The notes under the pieces: model-generated
Told to the model about the DNA's origin: nothing
Databases searched by the model: none
The model's input: only the letters and a program-made list of their open reading frames with translations
DNA from: Bacilli bacterium
GTDB lineage: Bacteria; Bacillota_I; Bacilli_A; RFN20; CAG-288
Length of the DNA: 64,000 bases
Direction of reading: 5' to 3'
Assembly (NCBI GenBank): GCA_022647725.1
Contig: JALCLG010000001.1
Location: forward strand, 1,790,784 to 1,854,783
Shown: positions 9,414 to 17,342 of the stretch, one piece after another
Position numbering within the stretch: position 1 is the first letter of the stretch
Layout: every line of letters starts with the position of its first letter
Made by a program: the position numbers and the translations under genes

Positions 9414-10886
9414 ATGAATCACACATTCAAAAAAGAGAACGGTCATCTGAAAGCCAACGTCAGTTTTGGTGCCGATGAGATCAAGAAAGCGAACGAAAAG
9501 GCTGTCACGAAGCTGAGTCAGCAAGTGACGGTTCCTGGCTTCCGCAAGGGCGCTGCCCCGGTCGACATGGCCAGCCGTTATCTGCGCAACGACGATGTTG
9601 CCGAAGAAATCATCAATCAGCTGCTCCGCAGCATTGATCGCGAGTTTGCCAAGCTCGATGATTTCAATGCCTATGTGAAGTCCAATCAGCTGCTTGAGAG
9701 CTTCCGCCCGAATGTCTCGGTCACCAAGTTCTCCAATACCGAAGCGGAGATTGCCATTGTTTATGTGCTGCGTCCGGAAGTGACAAAGCTGGGTGAGTAC
9801 AAGGGCCTTAAGTCCTCTGCCGCCAAGAAGGAAGTCACCGATAAGGATGTGGATGCCGAAATCAAGAAGCTGGCTGAGAATGAAGCCGAACTGACTCCTA
9901 AGGAAAAGGTCTCTGAGAAGGGCGATACCGTCAACATCGATTTCACCGGTCTCATGGATGGCAAGGAATTCGAGGGCGGCTCGTCCAAGTCCTTCGATCT
10001 GGAACTCGGCAGCGGTCATTTCGTTCCGGGCTTCGAGGATCAGTGCATCGGTCACAAGGCCGGTGATAAGTTCGATGTCGCTCTGACGATGCCTGCCAAT
10101 TATCCGGAGCCGCTGACCAATAAGGCTGTGGTCTTCAAGGTTGTCCTGAATGCCGTCAAGGTCAAGGATGTCCCGGAGATCAATGATGCCTTTGCGACCA
10201 CGCTCTCGGGTGCCAATGCCAGCAAGGATCTTGCTGAGCTGAAGACCAAGGTCAAGGCCAATCTTGTCAAGGACAGTGAGACGGCTTATGACAGCGCTCT
10301 GGTCAATGATCTGCTTCTTCAGGTCCGCGATCATTCCGAATTCGTGATTGCCAAGGAATACCTGGATCAGGTCACCGAAGACAGAGTCAAGGAAGATGAG
10401 AAGCGGATTACCGAACAGGGTCTGACCCTTCCGGAATATCTGAAGCTCATCGGCAAGGCGGAAGAGGATTACCGTAAGGAAATCACCGCCGGCGTCGAAT
10501 CCGAACTGAAGTCTTCCTTAGTCTATAATGCCTTAGCCGAAGCGGAGAAGATTCCTTCCCCGACTCAGGCCGATATTGAGAAGCGTCTCAATTCCAACAT
10601 TCCGGATTTCGTCAAGAACTTCACCTCCTATCTGAAAGCCCAGAAGCTTCCGGATGATCAGATTCAGGAAGAAATCAACAATTATCTCAATCAGATTTTC
10701 GCTTCCATGATGAGCCAGCGTGTCCAGGACCGCCTCCTTATCCTCAACGGCTACAAACAGCCGGAGCCGGAAGCCAAGCCTGCCGAAGCCAAGCCGGCTG
10801 AAGTGAAGCCTGCCGAAGCCAAGAAGGCCGATGACAAGCCTGCCGAAGCTGCTGCTCCGAGTGAGAAGCCTGCCGAGACGAAGTAG
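9414..10886 (+). CDS. tig: Trigger factor with a C-terminal EAKPA-repeat tail
   Basis: 'VTVPGFRKGAAP' ribosome-binding signature and an FKBP-like middle domain. Start at ATG 9414 behind SD 'AGAGAGG'. Confidence 0.92.
   Translation: MNHTFKKENGHLKANVSFGADEIKKANEKAVTKLSQQVTVPGFRKGAAPVDMASRYLRNDDVAEEIINQLLRSIDREFAKLDDFNAYVKSNQLLESFRPNVSVTKFSNTEAEIAIVYVLRPEVTKLGEYKGLKSSAAKKEVTDKDVDAEIKKLAENEAELTPKEKVSEKGDTVNIDFTGLMDGKEFEGGSSKSFDLELGSGHFVPGFEDQCIGHKAGDKFDVALTMPANYPEPLTNKAVVFKVVLNAVKVKDVPEINDAFATTLSGANASKDLAELKTKVKANLVKDSETAYDSALVNDLLLQVRDHSEFVIAKEYLDQVTEDRVKEDEKRITEQGLTLPEYLKLIGKAEEDYRKEITAGVESELKSSLVYNALAEAEKIPSPTQADIEKRLNSNIPDFVKNFTSYLKAQKLPDDQIQEEINNYLNQIFASMMSQRVQDRLLILNGYKQPEPEAKPAEAKPAEVKPAEAKKADDKPAEAAAPSEKPAETK
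10770..10850 (+). repeat. Five tandem 15-nt coding repeats (GAAGCCAAGCCTGCC-like, peptide EAKPA)
   Basis: Units at 10770, 10785, 10800, 10815 and 10830 read directly from the sequence. They encode 'EAKPAEAKPAEVKPAEAKKADDKPAEA'. Confidence 0.8.
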
Positions 10887-10903
10887 AAGGAAAGCATTGA
10901 TTC

Positions 10904-10941
10904 ATAGGCTCCGGATGTCCTCCGGAGCCTATCTTGTTTTT
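10904..10941 (+). terminator. Intrinsic terminator after tig
   Basis: 12-bp perfect stem ATAGGCTCCGGA/TCCGGAGCCTAT with a 5-nt loop, followed by 'CTTGTTTTT'. Confidence 0.8.
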
Positions 10942-10970
10942 AGGGACTTCAGCAACTTTGATACAAAAAA

Positions 10971-10997
10971 CTAGCACTCTTAATCATAGTGTGCTAA
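10971..10997 (+). promoter_or_regulatory. CIRCE (HrcA operator) upstream of lon
   Basis: 'CTAGCACTC-TTAATCATA-GTGTGCTAA' compared with consensus TTAGCACTC-N9-GAGTGCTAA: 16 of 18 arm positions match with exact N9 spacing. It lies 25 nt upstream of the lon ATG. Confidence 0.75.
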
Positions 10998-11021
10998 AAT
11001 TGGAACGGAGGAAAATAATCA

Positions 11022-13445
11022 ATGGAATATTTCGGACAGCATCGGGTCATGATTCTTCCTAACAGCAAGGGCGTCGGTCTGCCGGACATCGAAATGACGA
11101 TTACGGCCAAGAATACCTATGATACGCACCTGCTTTCGCAGCTGAAGAACGGCGATGAATTCGTCATGTGCTTTGCCAATAAGGATAATGTTTACGGTGA
11201 TTTCAATAATATCGTTTTCCCGGGTGTCAAAGAAGTCGGCTGTCTTTGCCGGGTCGTTTCGATTACCCCCAATGAAACGGGCCTGCAGGCCCATGTGCTG
11301 GGCAAGGCGGCCGTCGATCTGCTCGATTTCAACATCGACGTGACCACCGGCACCGTCATGGCCAACATGACCTTGCGTCCGCAGTACGAACGGGACGACA
11401 ATCAGGTTTATGAGATGATGGGCAAATTCGCCTCGTCCTATACGGCCATGCGGGCTAAGTTCAATCAGCTTCCCGAGCTTCCTGATTTCTCTCAGACGGT
11501 TCAGGATATCCGCAACATTCCGTACCATATCGCGGCGTTTTTAAGCACCTCGATGTTCAATGAGCAGATTCTTCTTGAGGAGAAGGATCCGATTGAGAAG
11601 TTCCGGGTCCTTATCAATGACCTGGACCGCTTCAACCTCGATTCCAAGATTGAGTTCGATATTCAGAAGAAGGTCAGCGAAGCCATTGACAAGAACCAGC
11701 GGGAATACGTCCTTCGGGAGAAGATGAAGGTCGTCAAGGACCAGCTGAAGGAGTTCGATGGCGGCGATCCGACCGATGCCTATGAGAAAGCCGTGAGTCT
11801 CCATCCGGAGATGTATCCGGACAACATTCAGCTGCGGATCAAGAATGAAGTCGGCCGCCTGAAGGCGATGCCGGCCGGGAGCCAGGAGATTTCCGTCCTG
11901 ACCTCCTACCTTGATCTGCTGATTGCTTTGCCCTGGAAGATTTCTTCGGCGGATAACGACGATCTCACCAACGTCAAGAAGGTTCTCGATGCCAATCACT
12001 ACGGTCTCGACAAGCAGAAAGACCGTATTATGCAGTATCTGGCCGTCAAGCAGCTCACCCATTCCCTGAAAGCTCCGATTCTCTGCTTCTATGGCGCTCC
12101 GGGCGTCGGCAAGACGTCCTTGGCGATTTCGATTGCTCAGGCCTTAGGCCGGAAGTTCACCAAGGTCGCCTTGGGCGGCATCAGCGATGAAGCCGAAATC
12201 CGCGGCCATCGGCGCACCTATGTCGGTGCCCTGCCGGGCCAGATCATCTCCGGCATTGAGAAATGCGGAACCAACAACCCAGTCTTCCTCTTGGATGAAA
12301 TCGATAAGATCGATGGCGGCGGCTATCACGGCGATCCGGCCAGTGCCCTTCTGGAAGTCCTGGATCCGGAGCAGAATGCCTTCTTCAAGGATAACTATCT
12401 CGATGAGCCTTTCGATCTTTCCAAAGTCATGTTCATCTGCACGGCCAACGATATTTCCAAGATTCCTCCGGCTCTCTTCGACCGTCTGGAGATGATTGAG
12501 CTGAACACTTACACGAAGTTTGAGAAGATGACGATTGCCAAGACGCACCTCATCGGTCTGGAAGAGAAGGAAAACGGCATCAAGCCGGGCATGATGGAAT
12601 GGACGGACGAGGCCCTGGATTACATCATCGAATACTACACGATGGAAGCCGGCGTCCGCAATCTGCGCCGCAATATCGGCACCATCGACCGGAAGTTTGC
12701 CGTCGATTATCTCCGTGACCCTGAGCATTTCAACCATCTCGTCATCACCAAGGAAATCGCTCAGCGTTATCTCGGCGCCGAGATCTTCTACCATGACAAG
12801 GATGTCAGCAATTCACAGGTCGGCATCATCAACGGCTTGGCCTATACCGATGCCGGCGGCGAAGTCCTCCGGATTGAATGCAACACTTTCCCTGGCAAGG
12901 GTCAGCTTATTCTGACCGGTAACCTTGGCTCCGTGATGAAGGAAGCCTGCGAAACGGCTCTCTCCTATGTCAAATCCATCGGACCGGAACTGGGCATCAA
13001 CCCGGATTTCTTCTCCGAACACGATATCCATATCCACTTCCCGGAGTCGGCCACCCCGAAGGATGGCCCATCGGCCGGTGTCGCGACGGCCTTATGCATC
13101 ATCTCGGCCATCTGCAATGTGCGGATCCGCAATGATGTCGCCATGACCGGCGAAATCGATCTCCGTGGCAACTCGCTGCCGATCGGCGGTCTCCGTGAGA
13201 AGACCAATGCCGCGACCAGAGAGCACATCAAGACCGTCTTCATCCCGGCCGAGAACCACAAGGATGTTCTGGAACTCCCGAAGGAAATCACCGACTGCCT
13301 GGCCATTGTCGAGGTCAAGAAGGCCCGCGATATGTTCAGTGGCGTCTTCCTCGATGATATTACCGCAATGAAGAAGCAGATTGAGTCGTCCACCTCCGGC
13401 AAGAAAGCTTCCTCGAAATCCAAGAAAGGCGAAGCCAAAGACTAG
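11022..13445 (+). CDS. lon: ATP-dependent Lon protease
   Basis: Walker A 'GAPGVGKTS' and the catalytic-serine motif 'PKDGPSAGV'. 807 aa. SD 'GGAGG'. Confidence 0.95.
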   Translation: MEYFGQHRVMILPNSKGVGLPDIEMTITAKNTYDTHLLSQLKNGDEFVMCFANKDNVYGDFNNIVFPGVKEVGCLCRVVSITPNETGLQAHVLGKAAVDLLDFNIDVTTGTVMANMTLRPQYERDDNQVYEMMGKFASSYTAMRAKFNQLPELPDFSQTVQDIRNIPYHIAAFLSTSMFNEQILLEEKDPIEKFRVLINDLDRFNLDSKIEFDIQKKVSEAIDKNQREYVLREKMKVVKDQLKEFDGGDPTDAYEKAVSLHPEMYPDNIQLRIKNEVGRLKAMPAGSQEISVLTSYLDLLIALPWKISSADNDDLTNVKKVLDANHYGLDKQKDRIMQYLAVKQLTHSLKAPILCFYGAPGVGKTSLAISIAQALGRKFTKVALGGISDEAEIRGHRRTYVGALPGQIISGIEKCGTNNPVFLLDEIDKIDGGGYHGDPASALLEVLDPEQNAFFKDNYLDEPFDLSKVMFICTANDISKIPPALFDRLEMIELNTYTKFEKMTIAKTHLIGLEEKENGIKPGMMEWTDEALDYIIEYYTMEAGVRNLRRNIGTIDRKFAVDYLRDPEHFNHLVITKEIAQRYLGAEIFYHDKDVSNSQVGIINGLAYTDAGGEVLRIECNTFPGKGQLILTGNLGSVMKEACETALSYVKSIGPELGINPDFFSEHDIHIHFPESATPKDGPSAGVATALCIISAICNVRIRNDVAMTGEIDLRGNSLPIGGLREKTNAATREHIKTVFIPAENHKDVLELPKEITDCLAIVEVKKARDMFSGVFLDDITAMKKQIESSTSGKKASSKSKKGEAKD

Positions 13446-13463
13446 ACGTCAGTTTGATGAACA

Positions 13464-13517
13464 GACTTAGGAGAGGCTTTCCCCCGTCGGGGGAGCCCTC
13501 CTTAGTCTTTTTTTCTT
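13464..13517 (+). terminator. Intrinsic terminator after lon
   Basis: Long GC-rich hairpin GACTTAGGAGAGGCTTTCCCCC / GGGGGAGCCCTCCTTAGTC followed by a T-run. Confidence 0.75.
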
Positions 13518-13544
13518 CCCTTGCGGGAAAAATCCGATATAATA

Positions 13545-13770
13545 AAAGACGGTGTTGAAGGGAAGGGACAAAAGCCACAACCCCAAGAGAGCCTGCGTCG
13601 GGGTGCAAGCAGGCGGTCGTGCTTTGGTCTGTCGTCCCGGAGCCGGGGAGGAATCCTCTAAGCTGCCGACTTAGAAAGTTTTCGGCAATGAGAGCGGTCT
13701 GACCGAAGAGGGGTGGTACCGCGCACGGACCTGTCCGTTGCGTCCCTTCATGAATTGGAGGGATTTTTTT
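13545..13770 (+). promoter_or_regulatory. T-box riboswitch leader of valS
   Basis: T-box 'GGGTGGTACCGCG' at 13711-13723. Stem I AGAGA at 13586-13590 and distal loop 'GGTGCAA' at 13602-13608. GUC (Val) triplets at 13616-13636. Final hairpin CCCTTC/GGAGGG plus a U7 run at 13744-13770. -10 'TATAAT' at 13538-13543. Confidence 0.8.
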
Positions 13771-16356
13771 ATGAAATCCACAATGGACAAAGTCTATGAT
13801 CATGTCGCGGTCGAAAAGGGCAAAGAGGATTTCTGGGAAAAGCAAGGCTATTTCGAAGCCATGCGGAAAGAGAACCTCGCCAAGCCGACCTTCTCGATGA
13901 TCGTGCCCCCGCCGAACGTCACCGGCATTCTTCACATCGGCCACGCGACCAATACCACGATTCTGGATATTCTCGCCCGCTACAAGAAACTCTGCGGCTA
14001 TGATGTCCTCTTTTTGGCGGACATGGATCACGCCGGCATCGCCACGCAGGCCAAGGTCGAGGAAAAGCTGAAGTCCGAAGGCAAGAACAAATACGAGCTC
14101 GGCCGGGAAGGCTTTTTGGCCGAAGCCTGGAAGTGGAAGGAAGAGCATGCCGACTACATCACCAAGCAGTGGAAGGCCTTAGGCTTATCCATGGATTATT
14201 CCAAGGAGCGTTTTACCTTGGATCCCGGGATGTGCCTGGCCGTCAACACGGTCTTCAAGAAGCTTTATGACGAAGGCCTGATTTACCGGGGCGAGCGGAT
14301 CATCAACTGGGATCCGGTCTTACGCACGGCACTGAGCGACATCGAGGTCATCTACAGTCAGGACAATGGCAAATTCTATTACTTCAAATACTGGCTTTCG
14401 GATCATTCCCGCTACCTCGAAGTCGCCACGACCCGGCCGGAGACGATGTTCGGCGATCAGGCGGTCTGCTTTAATCCGGAGGATAAGCGTTATCAGGGTC
14501 TGGAAGGGAAATCCGTCATCAATCCGGCCAACGGGGAGCTTTTGCCGCTGATTGCCGACCGTTATGTCGATCCGACCTTCGGCACCGGCGTGATGAAGTG
14601 CACCCCGGCCCATGATCCCAACGATTTCCAGATTGCCAAGCGGCATAACCTCAAGCTCGTCAAGACAATGAATGAGGATGGGACGATGAACGCCAACTGC
14701 CCCAAGGATTATGTCGGCTTGGACCGTTTTGCCTGCCGCAAGAAGATTCTTGAGCAGATCAAGGCCCAGGGCGATCTGATTCGCATCGAAGACATTGTCC
14801 ACAATGTCGGTCACAGCGAACGTTCCAAGGCGGTCGTGGAGCCGATGCTTTCCAAGCAGTGGTTTGTCCGGATGGACAAGCTGAGCCAGGCGGTGTTACA
14901 AGCCCAGCAAGGCGCCGGCAAGACCGAATTCTTCCCGGAGCGTTTCAGCGCCATCTTCTCGCAGTGGCTGGAAAAGACAGAGGACTGGTGCATTTCCCGC
15001 CAGCTTTGGTGGGGTCATCGGATTCCGGTCTATACCAACAAGACGACCGGCGAAGTGGTCTGCTCCGTTGAACCTTTGGATGACGCTGACTGGACGCAGG
15101 ATCCGGATGTTCTGGACACCTGGTTCTCTTCGGCTTTGGCGCCGTTTGCCTTCTTAGGCTGGCCGGATACCCAGAATGCCCTCTATCAGCGCTTCTATCC
15201 GCTGGATGTCATGGTCACGGCTTACGATATCATCTTCTTCTGGGTGGAGCGGATGGCTTTCGAAGGGCTGCACTTCACGGGGAAGATGCCGTTCAAGACG
15301 GTCTATATCCATGGCTTGGTCCGGGACAGCCAGGGCCGGAAGATGTCCAAATCCCTGGGCAACGGCATCGATCCGTTCCAGGTCATCGAACAGTACGGCA
15401 CGGATTCCTTACGGTATGCCTTAGCCACCGGCGGCACGCCTGGCCTGGACATCAATTTTTCGATGACCAAGGTCGACAATGCCCATAACTTCCTCAACAA
15501 GGTCTGGAATGCTTCCCGTTATATCCTGTCGCTCCTGGATGAGAATTTCCAGCCGCGGTGCCTGACTTCCGAGGAGCTTTCCTGCACCGATACCTGGATC
15601 TGTTCGGAATGCGATGACCTGCTTACGAATGTGAAGAGCAATATGGATAAGTTCGAACTCGGACAGGCTGCGGATTACGTCTACCATTTCGTCTACGATG
15701 AGTTCTGCTCTGATTACCTGGAATACAGCAAAGTGACGATGGCCTCCGGATCGAACCACGCCAAAGAGGTTACCCTCAATGTCCTTTACGACATTCTGAA
15801 GCGGGTGCTCTTGGTGCTCTTCCCGTTTGCGCCGTTCATTACCGAAGAGATCTATTCCTACCTGCCCAACCACAAGGCCTCCCTTTACGAGGAGTCTTAT
15901 CCGGTTCCGACTGGTTTCACGTATCAGGCTTCCCAGCTGGAGCTGGCCTTGTCCTTGAATGAGGCCATCAAAGCCATCCGCAACCACAAGAGTCAGAACG
16001 GCTTGGCTCCGAATGCCCCGATTGACTTGCTTTTCTTAGGCAGTCAGGCGGATTATGAGGCACTGCTTCCTTATCTGACAAGGTTCTCGTTTGCCTCGTC
16101 GGTTACCTTGATTTCGGCCAAAGACCCGGCACTGATTTACTTCAAGAGCTTTGCCTTAGCCATCCATGATCAGGAGAACGCTCAGACCAAGGCCATCAAG
16201 GAGAAGAAGATCGCGGATCTTAAAGCCGAGATTGCCCGTTCGGAACACATTCTTTCCAATCCGGCCTTCTTAGCCAAGGCCGACCCGAAGAAAGTGGCTG
16301 CCGAAAAGGAAAAATACCAGGCCTACCAGGACGAACTGAAAAAGTATCTCGCCTGA
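13771..16356 (+). CDS. valS: Valyl-tRNA synthetase
   Basis: 'PPNVTGILHIGHA' (HIGH) and 'KMSKSLGN' (KMSKS). Start moved to ATG 13771, directly after the leader U-run and SD 'GGAGGG'. Confidence 0.95.
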   Translation: MKSTMDKVYDHVAVEKGKEDFWEKQGYFEAMRKENLAKPTFSMIVPPPNVTGILHIGHATNTTILDILARYKKLCGYDVLFLADMDHAGIATQAKVEEKLKSEGKNKYELGREGFLAEAWKWKEEHADYITKQWKALGLSMDYSKERFTLDPGMCLAVNTVFKKLYDEGLIYRGERIINWDPVLRTALSDIEVIYSQDNGKFYYFKYWLSDHSRYLEVATTRPETMFGDQAVCFNPEDKRYQGLEGKSVINPANGELLPLIADRYVDPTFGTGVMKCTPAHDPNDFQIAKRHNLKLVKTMNEDGTMNANCPKDYVGLDRFACRKKILEQIKAQGDLIRIEDIVHNVGHSERSKAVVEPMLSKQWFVRMDKLSQAVLQAQQGAGKTEFFPERFSAIFSQWLEKTEDWCISRQLWWGHRIPVYTNKTTGEVVCSVEPLDDADWTQDPDVLDTWFSSALAPFAFLGWPDTQNALYQRFYPLDVMVTAYDIIFFWVERMAFEGLHFTGKMPFKTVYIHGLVRDSQGRKMSKSLGNGIDPFQVIEQYGTDSLRYALATGGTPGLDINFSMTKVDNAHNFLNKVWNASRYILSLLDENFQPRCLTSEELSCTDTWICSECDDLLTNVKSNMDKFELGQAADYVYHFVYDEFCSDYLEYSKVTMASGSNHAKEVTLNVLYDILKRVLLVLFPFAPFITEEIYSYLPNHKASLYEESYPVPTGFTYQASQLELALSLNEAIKAIRNHKSQNGLAPNAPIDLLFLGSQADYEALLPYLTRFSFASSVTLISAKDPALIYFKSFALAIHDQENAQTKAIKEKKIADLKAEIARSEHILSNPAFLAKADPKKVAAEKEKYQAYQDELKKYLA

Positions 16357-16420
16357 TTGTTTTCTTCTGTTGGACAAAACCTCTTCATTTTCCTAATAGA
16401 GAGTGAGGAGGTTTTTCATT

Positions 16421-16606
16421 ATGAAATACCAAACGCTGTCAGTCGAGGAGATGCGGCAGACGAAAGGCGGTGAGGCGGTGACCCTGGCGGCCATCATGGC
16501 ACTCTTAGCCATCGGGGTTACGGCGGTGGTCTGCTACCGGATCTTCTTCTCGGGTTCCGGCAAGACACAGCTGCCTGGCGGCTTTGTCTTCCAATGGGGA
16601 AAATAA
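16421..16606 (+). CDS. Double-glycine-leader peptide (class II bacteriocin / pheromone-like precursor, 61 aa)
   Basis: SD 'GAGGAGG' 9 nt upstream. The leader 'MKYQTLSVEEMRQTKGG' fits the LSxxELxxIxGG pattern. The predicted 44-aa mature peptide has one hydrophobic helix. Confidence 0.6.
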   Translation: MKYQTLSVEEMRQTKGGEAVTLAAIMALLAIGVTAVVCYRIFFSGSGKTQLPGGFVFQWGK

Positions 16607-17274
16607 AAGGCACCACTGCCTTATTGCCCCGGGAGAAAGCAACATCGCTCGGGATCGGCTGTCTGAACGACTGGGAACTGGTAGCCTTGCTTTTGGATAC
16701 CGGAACCCGGAAAGAGAACGTGCTCTTGCTTTCCCAGCATCTGTTAGCTGAAAACGGCGGGCTTGCCGGTCTGATGCGTGCCAGCGAGAAAGACCTTTCC
16801 ATCTCCGGCATCAAGAAGGCCAAAGCCTGCCGCATTCTTGCCTTGGGGGAAATCTACAAGAGGCTGCCGCTGACGTCGGCCTCACGGATTCTCACGGTGG
16901 AAGACAGCCTAAGGCTGACCCAACGGTTCTTCCAAGGCCAGAAAACCGAGAATGCCGTGATTCTCTTTCTGGCCAAGGACCGGACCGTCCTGGGACTGAA
17001 GCATTTTACCGGAAGGTCGGATAAGGAAATCTCTTTTTCCTGGGAGAATCTGCTGGCGGGGCGCAAAGAGGAAGGCGTTCGCTTCGTTCTCCTCATCCAT
17101 AATCATCCCTCCCAAGCCGTTTTGCCGTCCGCCAGGGACAAGATGACGACCTTGGAAGTCAGTCGATTCTGTGACCGGAAGGGCTTGGTTCTTCTGGATT
17201 CTTTAATCGTTTCCGATGATTCCTTTTTTTCATTCCGTCGCAGTGGTTTTTTCAAAAAAGACCCCGAAAAATAA
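16594..17274 (+). CDS. radC: RadC-like JAB/MPN domain protein
   Basis: N-terminal 'LLPREKATSLG...DWELVALLLDTG' and JAMM-like 'HNHPSQAVLPSARD'. Overlaps the upstream peptide gene by 13 nt. Confidence 0.85.
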   Translation: MGKIKGTTALLPREKATSLGIGCLNDWELVALLLDTGTRKENVLLLSQHLLAENGGLAGLMRASEKDLSISGIKKAKACRILALGEIYKRLPLTSASRILTVEDSLRLTQRFFQGQKTENAVILFLAKDRTVLGLKHFTGRSDKEISFSWENLLAGRKEEGVRFVLLIHNHPSQAVLPSARDKMTTLEVSRFCDRKGLVLLDSLIVSDDSFFSFRRSGFFKKDPEK

Positions 17275-17287
17275 TTTCTGCAAAGCC

Positions 17288-17316
17288 TTGCATTGAGGCA
17301 ACGATAACTCTATAAT
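17288..17316 (+). promoter_or_regulatory. Sigma-70 promoter (TTGCAT-N17-TATAAT)
   Basis: -35 at 17288-17293 and -10 at 17311-17316, upstream of the Sel1-repeat gene. Confidence 0.55.
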
Positions 17317-17342
17317 TCTAATTAGTTGTTAGGGAGGGAAAT

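Noticed and set aside
10770-10850. Tandem repeats considered as a possible CRISPR-like or minisatellite locus.
   Set aside because: The repeats are 15 nt, contiguous, in frame and inside tig. There are no spacers and no cas genes anywhere in the window.
16370-16399. TTGGAC-N17-CTAATA as a dedicated promoter for the GG-leader peptide.
   Set aside because: The -10 matches the consensus poorly. The peptide may simply be read through from valS. Not called as a feature.
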